The notes under the pieces are model-generated. The model was not told the DNA's origin, did not search any database, and saw nothing but the letters and a program-made list of their open reading frames with translations. This document shows, piece by piece, positions 10,001 through 18,902 of a stretch of DNA of 32,000 bases. This DNA is from Aliivibrio fischeri ES114. GTDB taxonomy: Bacteria; Pseudomonadota; Gammaproteobacteria; Enterobacterales; Vibrionaceae. The stretch lies in NCBI RefSeq assembly GCF_000011805.1, contig NC_006841.2, one strand, 5' to 3'. Within the stretch, counting starts at the first letter, position 1. Every line of letters starts with the position of its first letter. The translations under genes and the position numbers were made by a program.

Positions 10001-13000
10001 CGCAGAACCACTGCTTTTTGCATAGCAAGCTAACAAATGCACTGGTGTGCTGCCTTGTGTTAAATCGATTCCTTGCGTTTGAAGATATTGAACAAATTCC
10101 GCTGGTGTGTGCGCCATTCTATCCGAATTCGTATTTATATGATCTTTATAATAAAAAAATCCATCTGCATCAGCGTGAATAGATACCGCCTGTACATTTA
10201 CTTGCCCTTTAAATCTATCTGTATACTGAACTAACGGGTCCGATAATATCGGACTGCTATCTCCGCCTAAAGTCATCCTACCAACTAACTTTGATGGTGA
10301 TAAAACTTGCATACGTTCACGACTTTGATTACCTATCACAACTTCAAACTCATCATTACTTTCAATGATTTGCGTTTGAGTACCAACAAAATTACGATGT
10401 ACATCATCAACAGACGTGAACACATAATTATGATCATTTGTACTCAGATAATGATTAAACGCCGCTATACTATCTTCATCTAAAAGGTGCTTAGTATGAA
10501 GCTTAGTTCCACCATCTTTCAGTTCACGTAGAATCACACCTTGACCTAACTCTTGCTGTAGTGAAGTATGATCAATTTGATAAAAATGAATACCATCAGA
10601 CGACACATGGACATATATCACATGATGAAATCGTTTATTTCCACTCTCATCCCTATCACATAAATGAAGAAAACCAGATTGACTAAGATCACCTACCTCT
10701 AATGTACTATTAACAGGTCTATCTAATAATCCGAAAGCGACTCGATAATCCTGAGAGTCAATATCCATGCTAGAGGCTTGAAGCCATCGAACTACCTTTG
10801 GTTCAACCCCTCCCGATTGTTTCGCATCATTTAAAGCAACCACAATATTGCTATGACCATACGACGTATCGTTTCGGCTTGCTTTTAAGATTCGTTTATC
10901 CAACTCTTCTGTTGTTTCCACTAAACCTTTTCGATATTTAAAACGCCAATTCACTTCTTGTTGCCAATTTCCAAGCTCCCATGAACTTCCTTGCTTACTT
11001 TCTTTCACAAAAAAACGACCGCTCTCAACTTTACCTTGCCATCGCTTATTCTCTTCCATAAACCCTTTATCTGATATCTCTGGTTCAACTTCTTTAAGTG
11101 TTTCCAAATACTCTTCAGGGTTTCCTCCAAGTTCTAGGTATAATCGTAAATCATCATCACTACCAGGCAATACATTAGAATGCCCTTCCCATACTTCACC
11201 ACCCAGCATAGGTCTACGAATAGGAGTGTTATTCCAGTTCATCGAACGCCCCTTTAACCCTATCTCACTTGTGTGACTAGCGACTTGTGGTCTCAACTCC
11301 TGTGAAGACCCGCGAAGTGCTGTCGCAATATCACCAAATGAAACGTTACCATCACCAACTTTGATCATACCAGCGCCAGGATAAGGAGATATCTCCAACA
11401 TCAGTCCATGACCTTTACCTCCAGATAGCGATTTCTCCCACCCTATTATTTTCTTATACCTTGCAATTACACTTGATAAAGGTTTCGCTAAACCTCCAGG
11501 AGTTTGCATTCCTATCATAGTTGGTCCTTGTATCCCTCCTGTTCTTATAGAAAGGTTGGTTACACCATTAATGACCCCTTTAGTTGCATCTTCTACAGGA
11601 AAAAGTCCTTTGAGACGTGTAGAGCCGGGTCTTGGTCCAACTCGTACATAAATCTCTGATAATTCCTCAATATCACTGGCAACTTGACGAGTGGCATACC
11701 TATCAAGATACTGCATTAACGTCGCTTCATTGCTAGCTGAAATACCAATTGACTTAGCACCCGTGGGCGTATCTGAAAATAAATATTCACCATGACTAGA
11801 ACGTACAGCAGACATCGCGCCACCATCATCAACAAGCATACCTCCCCACTTGCCACGAACAATTTTTGGCGCAGAAAGACGTTGAACAGCGACTTGAAGT
11901 TGTTCATCTAAAGTAAAATCTGTCAAACTTGCCATAGGAGCGGTTCCTACGGGGTAGTCTTGTGTCAAATTGTTCAAATCTATTTCTAAATCATTCAACT
12001 CCTCTATGCCACACCGAATTTGCTCAAGCTGTTCGTCAACCGCATGACTTAGTGTGACAGAAGTGTCTAAATTTGATGCTGTACGATTCAATGCTGACAA
12101 GTCTGACGGTTGAGTCAACGATGTATTCAAATGAGCTATTCCATCCTGCATTCGATTTGCGGTATGCCCAGTCGCTCCGACAATATCATCAAGATTATCC
12201 GCAACTTGTATTGTAGCTCTTGAAGTTTTCAAAACTTTCAAAGCTTTCAATACATCATTGGTACTAGAGGCAACACCAAGCAAGTCCAATGGAGCTAAAG
12301 CCAATGGTATATATCCCATGGTTCGCTCTTCTTCAGTATCTCCCTGGCTTATAATATAACTCGCTTCCGCTAAACTTACCGCAAAGCTCACACTGTCCAC
12401 GGCTAGCGCCGCAGCAGCTAGAGGAAGAGCTGCTGCACCTCCACTCGCAGCTACTGCAGCTACGCTTAACACCACAGCAGGTACAGCTAAGACAGCACTG
12501 GTGATCTCCAATGCTTTTTCCGTGCGCCATTCATCATGTGACTTAAAAAGAGCATCTGCATCAGATGTTAATCTCTGTAGATTTCTGTTAGCTAGAGTGT
12601 CAAACATATTGACACTACGATCATTAGAAAGAGGAATAAAATCTAAGTTAAGCGCTTCTGTCGTAACTGTCGTAGCATTGTGAATCCCTTCCTGAATAGC
12701 AAATTGCAACCCTGTTCCTATAAGATCCCAAGACCGTGCTTCTATTGGCTCCATTGGGACTTCAAATGTTGTTTCTGTGCTAGCCCAATAAGGAGATATA
12801 CCTACAGGCGGTGAACTAGGATAGTTCAGAGACTGTTCTTCTAGGTCCCCCAAAGTATCAGCAGGTGTACTTACTCCAAGTACGTCATTTTGTTTATTGT
12901 ATTCGCTAATATGTGATAAAAGAAAATGTCGATTACCTGGGTTGGCAAAAAATTGGTACACCTCCATTTTACTATTAAACTCAACTAACGCTCCCTCTCC

Positions 13001-16000
13001 AAGTAGGCTCACCATTACATATTGTGCTTTTCTAGGGTCAGGATCATGAAACATCATCATTCCTTCTAAAGGCACATGCCCTCCCCTTTTTCCAACTAAG
13101 CCTGGGAGTGATATATTAACCTCATTAAATTCATGGCGCATTTTATCGATCAGCAAATTACTTCGAAACATCAATGGAGTATCTTCATGTTTACGCCATG
13201 CTTCCTCAATAAGACGATAACAAGTCGCCTTTAAATGAGCAGAGTAAACATCAAAATGCTCTTCTTTAAATTGATCAATAGCTTGTTCAGCAAGCCTTTG
13301 AATGTCTGCTTGTTTTTGCACCTCATATAACCTTTCAAATGACGCTGTACCATTAGGTTCATTAAACTTGTCAGGCAACGAATAATCACCGGAAATCTCA
13401 ATGGAATGTTCACCAGAGATCCCTTCCCAATAACTATTTGACGCAGCCTCAACTAAGTTGGTTCTCAAATAGTGCCCAGAGCCTTGAGTCCCCATTGAAG
13501 ATCGAGCAATGCTGCGAAGGACATCAGGTTCAGACATGCGGTGATTAGATGTTTCTGACATAAATGACCAATTCGATGTTCCTGCTCGAAGTCCTTCTAA
13601 AGCCGATTCCATTCCGTATTGATGACGGCCATCCATTTGATTATAAAGGCTAGCATGCGAGAGTACCCATTCATGATTCTCAAGGTCAGTAAAGAGGGAT
13701 TTCAGTTCATCATGTCCAGTTACGATTTCTATACGACCAGAAGGAGGGAGTAAACTGATGACTGTATATCTATCACCATCTTTAAGCAGCAACATATTCT
13801 CCAGAGGAAGATCATGAATGCTTGGTTTAATAAAGTAAGGAGACATCACTTTATCCGTCGTATAACGCTGCGGCGTCAATACGCGAGGAAGAACCTGTTC
13901 AAGATAGGATTTCTTCTCCTCAGGTTGTGCCGCCACCAAATCAATCAAACGTTGTTCAAGACATTGACGATAGTGACCAACATCCCAATTAATCTCACTA
14001 CTGCGAAGTTCATCTCTATTAACAACGTGAAGATACTTAGGCCCCATTTTTGACTCAATAACACGATTATAAGCTGGCTCAATTCTCTTGATGTACTCTA
14101 AATTCTCAATTTGTGCTGCACGAGGAGCATTTTCGTTAGGCATCGTATAAAGATCAGCTGCTGGAAGATAAGGATAATTATAAACATATGACACCTTATT
14201 TGGCTGAGAAATGCCCTCATCTTGCCAAAACTTATGTGATAAACTAGCAAGCTCAATACTCCGCTGCGCCTGTATTATCCGGTTAGATCGCAAAATCTCT
14301 TGTTCATAAGCAATCAGACCACCATGAAGCGTAATTTCATCGATTTGATCTTGTCGGGTACTCAGACTTCCATCAGGTAACAAACGATCCTCAAGAGAAT
14401 TCAAATAAGCATGTTCGATATCTTCTATATTTATATGCAACGACAACCTTTTACCGGTGCGATACGCTAAAATCTCATTGCTCAAATTTTCACTGCTCAA
14501 TGACAAATTATTTCGAACAAATATCCGCTCACTCGGTAGCAAACTAACTTTATAATCATCAAAACGAATGTCTGTAAATATAGTTGATGTGATCTTCTCA
14601 ATATGTTCTTGGTATTCCGCTTGCTTAAGATCAATAGACAGTGCTTGTTCGCACAAGGTATACATTACTCGATCGAAGGAGTAAGGACTGGACTGCTTAC
14701 CCTCTCTTGCTCGCTCAAGTATTGTCTGATGTAATTCAGAAACTGAGTAATTATCACTATTCATCTGCGAAGATTTTAAATCATCCACTAAGGATTGAAC
14801 TTGCTCTTCAAAGTCATTGTATCTATTCACTTCTACTTGAAGATGTTTAATCAAAGTCAAAGCATGGTAATTCAGTTCCTCTTGACTCGACATATGTCGA
14901 CGATAAATGAACCTTCCTCCTATTGCTTGTTGCGCCTTTTGGAATTCCTCTTCCAAGCGAGACTCAAAACTCGCTTTATCCAAAGTAAGGAACTCTGACC
15001 ATAATGACTTTTGGTAGTTAATCAGCATCTGAATATGCTCGTACTTTGGTGTTATTTCAAATCGAGTATTAATACTTTCATAAAGAACCCCATCGACTTG
15101 ACTTAAAGGAGGATAAAAAACACTCATACAATCAATATCGCTCTCAGAATCACATGCCCTTTCTAATATCGACACTGCCGATTGTAAGAAACGTTTCTGT
15201 TCCTCATTTTCCGCCAGACTGACCATTCTTTGCGCTTTCTTTAGTCTTACCTTAATATAATTTGTTCGTGCCTCACCAAGAGGCATACCTCGCAACTTAT
15301 TATAAGCCTTTTCCTTAAATAAAAGGACGTCGCCATTAAACCTTGTATAATATTCATCCACCAATGCCGACGTTCTAGGTGAATTAGATTGTGAGTCATC
15401 TGAATCAAGTGAGCGTCTGACGCGTCGCAGTACAGCACTGTCACTATTCAATTCTAATGACATAGGGTCATCAAATATTGAGTCTTCCCATACATCATCT
15501 AAAAGCTCATCTTCAACAACAGGCGAGTTAAACGACTCCACCGGGGTCGATAGAGTCAACACCTGTCGCTGAACATGATCGGATAATACCTCAAAACCTG
15601 AATTGCTTAAGGCGGTCACAGAGCGCAACGCCAATGCACCCAGTCCGTCCATTCTCAACTGCTGACTTTGTTTCCCATTGACCACTTGCTCATATATGCC
15701 ATCCAGAGTCTGTTCTTTACCACTTACATGTTTGTTATACACATAACCAGCTCCAGCCAGAACTCCTCCTAATGCTGTTTTCATCACCGTTGGCATCGGT
15801 GAAGTGACCATATGAAAACCTAACTGCTTCATACGTTTCTTAACCATCATATCGATAGCTTTATAAGGCTTATCACTTCCAGGCATGATTAATGATTTGG
15901 TTTTATACACCTTGTAAGGAATTCTTAACGAGGCAAGAGGCAGTCGATAAAGTGGGCTAAAAATATTAAACATAAACGTCGTTGGAATACTTAGGGCTAA

Positions 16001-18502
16001 TTCAAACACATGCTCTGTCACCCCACGAGTAAAGCGTCGCTGCCCCCATGCCACCATAAACTCAACCAAATCTTTTTCATATTCAGCATAGCGTTCCGGC
16101 GTCATCACTGGCAGTAAAGTACCCGCTTGTGCTCTTGCAAGCTCAGCCGATAAACGTGTTGCCATTAGTGCACCTTTAGGGTCACCCGATGAATGCGTTT
16201 CTTCATTAAGACCATATCGATTGATTAATGCCAATACTTCACCGGGAGACGGTAATGCTTGACTAGCCTCTATTTTTTCCGCCAATATCATTGCCCAATG
16301 TTTTGCAATACGAGCCCCTCTTGAGGTGTCATCTAAATCACGTCCAGTCTCTTGTGCTGAACGTTCAGCCAACCGCACTTTCATTAGTAATGATTTTAAT
16401 ATCGCTCTTTCTGTAAAGTCCTTAACTTGAGAAAAATGACAAGGTGAAGAGGTCGCAAGGCCAACAGCTTGATTCAATAGTTCAATAACTTCAAACTGGG
16501 TTTTAGCCATTCTCTCAAGTAGTGGTTTATCTCCCTCCATCAATAAATCATGGCAACGATTATTAATTTCCTCTTGTTCTGCTAAACTCAAATCTAAAGC
16601 CGACATTAGTTCATTACTAAGATCTGTCGCTTTCTTATAAAAAGAGAGCTTAAACGCAGCAAGTATGTCGATAGGGCTATCAGATCGTTCATTAGTTTCA
16701 AGAGCTTTAACTGCTGCTTTCACCTGTTCAACATGTTTGACAAGAATTTCATTGAGCGTACTTTGCTTCGTCCACATTTTCATTTCAGGTGATTCAAGGT
16801 GTCGCTTATGAAGAAGAATATCCATCAGAGGGGATGGAGAAGAAGTCGATTTAAACTCATGATCAAAGTTCTCAGGTAAAGGGGCCTTTATCTGAGCAAG
16901 CATCTTAGAACTGGATAACAAGGGTTGAGCAGCTTGTTGTAAATCAGCCATAGATTGTTGTAATTGCCACAAAACACTACGAACAATTGAATCGCTAATC
17001 AGTTGACTGGTCTTTTTATCTTTGCACTTTTCATCTAGTACTCGATAACTAACGTGTCCTTTTCCTTTAGCTTTATTGGCGACTAACAAAACCTTATCGT
17101 TGGTGTCTTTAACGCTTTTCTCTAACTTAGTTAATTGTTGGCTTAAGGCCTTTACGGGCTCAGATACAAAAACGGCCTTTGTTGCTTTAACAACACCTGA
17201 CTTGATCTCTTGAACGCCTTTTTCTATTGCAGCTATCGACATCATTGAGTAAGTCTGATTTTTTTCTTTGGGTAAGTACTGTTTAAGATTTTTAAGCTCT
17301 TCACTTAGTCTGTTTGCTGTCTTTAACTTATCTGTTTTTATTATTGCTAATGCATTACTAAGTAAACCTTCGGTCACTGCTAGATAGGTACACGCTTCCC
17401 CTTTAAAAGGTAATGAAGAAGACGGTTGAAGATGAATATTTTTAATTAAAGGAAGAGAAACTCCATTTAATTTCTTATCTAGCTTAGTGATTTCATTTTG
17501 AATGTCATCACAAGCCTTATTCTGAAAGGTGAGTCTCTGTTCAAGAGCGGAAACCACTCTTTCATCACGAATTTGCAGCCAAAGACGACGACGTTCATCT
17601 TTTGGTGATTGAGCCGTAATAGCATTAATTTCAGCCCTGAGTTCCTCCTCAGAAAGCTGAGCAGAGTAGGCTTCCTTAGCCTGTTCATACATACCTTCAG
17701 AATCCACTTCCGCTTTTTCATCCAGTTTTTCATCTGTAATAAAAGTATTCACTTTCTCATGTAACTGTGAACACATTTCAGGTGAAGGAGATACTGGTGC
17801 GATCTTATGATAATCATGCGCCATCTCCCTAATTAACTCTCGCTCAATGTGGATATCATATTGCTCAGAGTTGCTGTTAATCACAAGTTCACTTAAACTT
17901 TGAGCAACTAAGTTCATCGCTTTTAAAGCCCCTTCTAAACGGCGTACCAATGACTGAGCGACTTTTCGACTCCCATAATGTTCTTCTGGTTTAGCATGAC
18001 GAGTAACACCTAAAGCTCGCTCTAATGGTCTTGCTTCACCAACTATTTTTTTGGGAACATGGGCCTCAATCCACTTTTCTACCCTTTCTTGAGTCGATTC
18101 TTGATCCTGTACTTGAGAGATACATTCAATTTGACTTCTCAACTTGCCAGCAATGATTTGAACATCACGAAGTTGATCCGAATTTATATTGATACCATGT
18201 AGCTCGATGTCACTTTCTAATCGCTGAACATGTTGTTCAAGTTCATCTCGTAAAGAAAAATCAAACTGAGGCAAGAAACGATTATAACCACGAGTACGAA
18301 ACTCTTTGGCTTGAGATAAATTCGCATGTTGAAGATATTCAAAAGCGAAATCCATAACAGATTCATTATGATCTAATGATAATTGTGCAATTGCATATTG
18401 AATCGATGTCAAACCTGGACTAGCAAAAACTAACGGAGTAGATGTTATAGATGGGTGGTTTAACACGTTATAAGGAAATGAGTCTTTCGTTTTTTTTTCC
18501 AT
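7088..18502 (-). CDS. Giant (3804 aa) multidomain putative toxin/effector
   Basis: A single uninterrupted ORF. It has a long predicted-helical N-terminus, a hydrophobic segment (LEITSAVLAVPAVVLSVAAVAASGGAAALPLAAAALAVDSVSFAVSLAEA), a papain-like C/H/D triad region, a clan-CD-like H...LLAC region and a duplicated module. AAGG precedes the ATG; no obvious signal peptide. Confidence 0.8.
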   Translation of the reverse strand: MEKKTKDSFPYNVLNHPSITSTPLVFASPGLTSIQYAIAQLSLDHNESVMDFAFEYLQHANLSQAKEFRTRGYNRFLPQFDFSLRDELEQHVQRLESDIELHGININSDQLRDVQIIAGKLRSQIECISQVQDQESTQERVEKWIEAHVPKKIVGEARPLERALGVTRHAKPEEHYGSRKVAQSLVRRLEGALKAMNLVAQSLSELVINSNSEQYDIHIERELIREMAHDYHKIAPVSPSPEMCSQLHEKVNTFITDEKLDEKAEVDSEGMYEQAKEAYSAQLSEEELRAEINAITAQSPKDERRRLWLQIRDERVVSALEQRLTFQNKACDDIQNEITKLDKKLNGVSLPLIKNIHLQPSSSLPFKGEACTYLAVTEGLLSNALAIIKTDKLKTANRLSEELKNLKQYLPKEKNQTYSMMSIAAIEKGVQEIKSGVVKATKAVFVSEPVKALSQQLTKLEKSVKDTNDKVLLVANKAKGKGHVSYRVLDEKCKDKKTSQLISDSIVRSVLWQLQQSMADLQQAAQPLLSSSKMLAQIKAPLPENFDHEFKSTSSPSPLMDILLHKRHLESPEMKMWTKQSTLNEILVKHVEQVKAAVKALETNERSDSPIDILAAFKLSFYKKATDLSNELMSALDLSLAEQEEINNRCHDLLMEGDKPLLERMAKTQFEVIELLNQAVGLATSSPCHFSQVKDFTERAILKSLLMKVRLAERSAQETGRDLDDTSRGARIAKHWAMILAEKIEASQALPSPGEVLALINRYGLNEETHSSGDPKGALMATRLSAELARAQAGTLLPVMTPERYAEYEKDLVEFMVAWGQRRFTRGVTEHVFELALSIPTTFMFNIFSPLYRLPLASLRIPYKVYKTKSLIMPGSDKPYKAIDMMVKKRMKQLGFHMVTSPMPTVMKTALGGVLAGAGYVYNKHVSGKEQTLDGIYEQVVNGKQSQQLRMDGLGALALRSVTALSNSGFEVLSDHVQRQVLTLSTPVESFNSPVVEDELLDDVWEDSIFDDPMSLELNSDSAVLRRVRRSLDSDDSQSNSPRTSALVDEYYTRFNGDVLLFKEKAYNKLRGMPLGEARTNYIKVRLKKAQRMVSLAENEEQKRFLQSAVSILERACDSESDIDCMSVFYPPLSQVDGVLYESINTRFEITPKYEHIQMLINYQKSLWSEFLTLDKASFESRLEEEFQKAQQAIGGRFIYRRHMSSQEELNYHALTLIKHLQVEVNRYNDFEEQVQSLVDDLKSSQMNSDNYSVSELHQTILERAREGKQSSPYSFDRVMYTLCEQALSIDLKQAEYQEHIEKITSTIFTDIRFDDYKVSLLPSERIFVRNNLSLSSENLSNEILAYRTGKRLSLHINIEDIEHAYLNSLEDRLLPDGSLSTRQDQIDEITLHGGLIAYEQEILRSNRIIQAQRSIELASLSHKFWQDEGISQPNKVSYVYNYPYLPAADLYTMPNENAPRAAQIENLEYIKRIEPAYNRVIESKMGPKYLHVVNRDELRSSEINWDVGHYRQCLEQRLIDLVAAQPEEKKSYLEQVLPRVLTPQRYTTDKVMSPYFIKPSIHDLPLENMLLLKDGDRYTVISLLPPSGRIEIVTGHDELKSLFTDLENHEWVLSHASLYNQMDGRHQYGMESALEGLRAGTSNWSFMSETSNHRMSEPDVLRSIARSSMGTQGSGHYLRTNLVEAASNSYWEGISGEHSIEISGDYSLPDKFNEPNGTASFERLYEVQKQADIQRLAEQAIDQFKEEHFDVYSAHLKATCYRLIEEAWRKHEDTPLMFRSNLLIDKMRHEFNEVNISLPGLVGKRGGHVPLEGMMMFHDPDPRKAQYVMVSLLGEGALVEFNSKMEVYQFFANPGNRHFLLSHISEYNKQNDVLGVSTPADTLGDLEEQSLNYPSSPPVGISPYWASTETTFEVPMEPIEARSWDLIGTGLQFAIQEGIHNATTVTTEALNLDFIPLSNDRSVNMFDTLANRNLQRLTSDADALFKSHDEWRTEKALEITSAVLAVPAVVLSVAAVAASGGAAALPLAAAALAVDSVSFAVSLAEASYIISQGDTEEERTMGYIPLALAPLDLLGVASSTNDVLKALKVLKTSRATIQVADNLDDIVGATGHTANRMQDGIAHLNTSLTQPSDLSALNRTASNLDTSVTLSHAVDEQLEQIRCGIEELNDLEIDLNNLTQDYPVGTAPMASLTDFTLDEQLQVAVQRLSAPKIVRGKWGGMLVDDGGAMSAVRSSHGEYLFSDTPTGAKSIGISASNEATLMQYLDRYATRQVASDIEELSEIYVRVGPRPGSTRLKGLFPVEDATKGVINGVTNLSIRTGGIQGPTMIGMQTPGGLAKPLSSVIARYKKIIGWEKSLSGGKGHGLMLEISPYPGAGMIKVGDGNVSFGDIATALRGSSQELRPQVASHTSEIGLKGRSMNWNNTPIRRPMLGGEVWEGHSNVLPGSDDDLRLYLELGGNPEEYLETLKEVEPEISDKGFMEENKRWQGKVESGRFFVKESKQGSSWELGNWQQEVNWRFKYRKGLVETTEELDKRILKASRNDTSYGHSNIVVALNDAKQSGGVEPKVVRWLQASSMDIDSQDYRVAFGLLDRPVNSTLEVGDLSQSGFLHLCDRDESGNKRFHHVIYVHVSSDGIHFYQIDHTSLQQELGQGVILRELKDGGTKLHTKHLLDEDSIAAFNHYLSTNDHNYVFTSVDDVHRNFVGTQTQIIESNDEFEVVIGNQSRERMQVLSPSKLVGRMTLGGDSSPILSDPLVQYTDRFKGQVNVQAVSIHADADGFFYYKDHINTNSDRMAHTPAEFVQYLQTQGIDLTQGSTPVHLLACYAKSSGSAQSLADEIGRPVIAYSNRKLQINTSVLEDPSLELTSEANKLRQLLAKDDFKPASHRVFYPENSSNEVTNASSSKDSLPLRSNEFLGNKTIKPRSQFEQSAVDHTAEIVKATYQKYQSTPLENCENAAREIVDTLKAHPSYSDVRLGNMAFWEGAHGRNADSYMNHWVVMTKFNGIELVLDPTAHQFSNKLNISTPVLDTYENWVATYQAPLSNKRMMLVKIAEVPHFSSAPFKSNDEFSGFRYIKDAKVLSSSRWYHQSGYDQYIGSLIGNVRKTFFEAEPSTAFAQGTFEGSSSILDGGNGQIKYFSRYKQGKIQEGVFLVSLDSGATWRRGSWKEEAIFRLDSRNAPLALSELDQRINRASNRDSSYSRICYTGAFNDAEQAGTISPKVAEQLHRVIAKRDEAGQIMMSDNYQAVFELEGRHQRHFDRSMFKESGFLHVGEVGSDDLVHYDHIVYVHVNESGVCFYQVNGSDFQLALGDSDEIGINVSASHGKHMMNDTRVAAFERYFAENPEAVFTFTTVKQVSENVQYKQALAAMVQEGLIDYDTYKSSNDILEAEENVSGFVPQESTVGTKYVYFPSLNRELINSRFIPLLRHLKRTNAAPFEIVFKNREQVQGFQRILTETYGSIASSTLEPDLQYLYSVGKTNLHDLSESDTLHINGVAYIGEFANGEYSNVGPLAQELVAMGLPARAMIKITNKAAPPTYFLTPFSKPNEEEFDNSFAGQLERELVTLQSERDLGLVSSNSGVVNYQSVDSTILSVIVGREIYTRGDDSAYCKVRGIIDYFQAQDLERHRVFDPLPTLEKGEVTDTDVGMNVFDTARRYAENSDPLIRQYNNGQGDIILQKDRYGECSSRTLYISRSLNSHSFESALSIARQRTSVGKEPINILLLKNMDNINLIEIIGALSRAGQYDKAFFYTGEPFSNLVEIIKRPDEAIQENEQVLELRVTSLNKEWVAHALHDDPFIKS

Positions 18503-18902
18503 AGGAAGATACCTTAAAAATATATTAATAAGACATCTATGATAATTATTCCTTCTTTAATGCGAATGTACAAAACGATGTAATATCTAGCTAAAATAAT
18601 CATATGTAGCTATTTACTTCATAAACGTCCTTAATTATTCATTCTTTTATTTTATGTATATACAAAGTCTTTAATACATTAGTACTCTTAGTGCTGTATT
18701 TTATACCCCCTTAATATAAGAGTAATGTTTTTGACTGCTTTCTTGCACTACTTTTTATGTTAATAAAAACACAATATAAAAGTCATTGTTTTCTATGGGA
18801 TTTGTAATTTAGAAAAAATAAAGAGAACTAGGGTAGAAAAATAAAAATAGAATATATAGACAATTAAAGAACTTCACTATTGTGAAAGTATAAGGAACTC
18901 CA

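Noticed and set aside
12333-12530. Cys/Ser-rich 65-aa minus-strand ORF
   Set aside because: Out-of-frame reading of the Ala/Val-rich hydrophobic segment of the giant ORF; no support as a gene.
14641-14998. Plus-strand ORFs of about 67-69 aa antisense to the giant ORF (likewise those at 8723, 9449, 12501 and 13814)
   Set aside because: Short, antisense to a continuous conserved-looking coding sequence, and with no recognisable family or spacing.
7088-18502. Giant protein considered as RTX/MARTX, Rhs/YD-repeat or T1SS adhesin
   Set aside because: No GGXGXD nonapeptide, YD-repeat or immunoglobulin-like tandem repeats are seen, only one divergent duplication and enzyme-like modules.
18503-18902. 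Searched for iterons or an obvious origin next to the Rep-like gene
   Set aside because: No convincing directly repeated 17-22 bp units seen by eye; only a short imperfect palindrome around CACTATTGTG.
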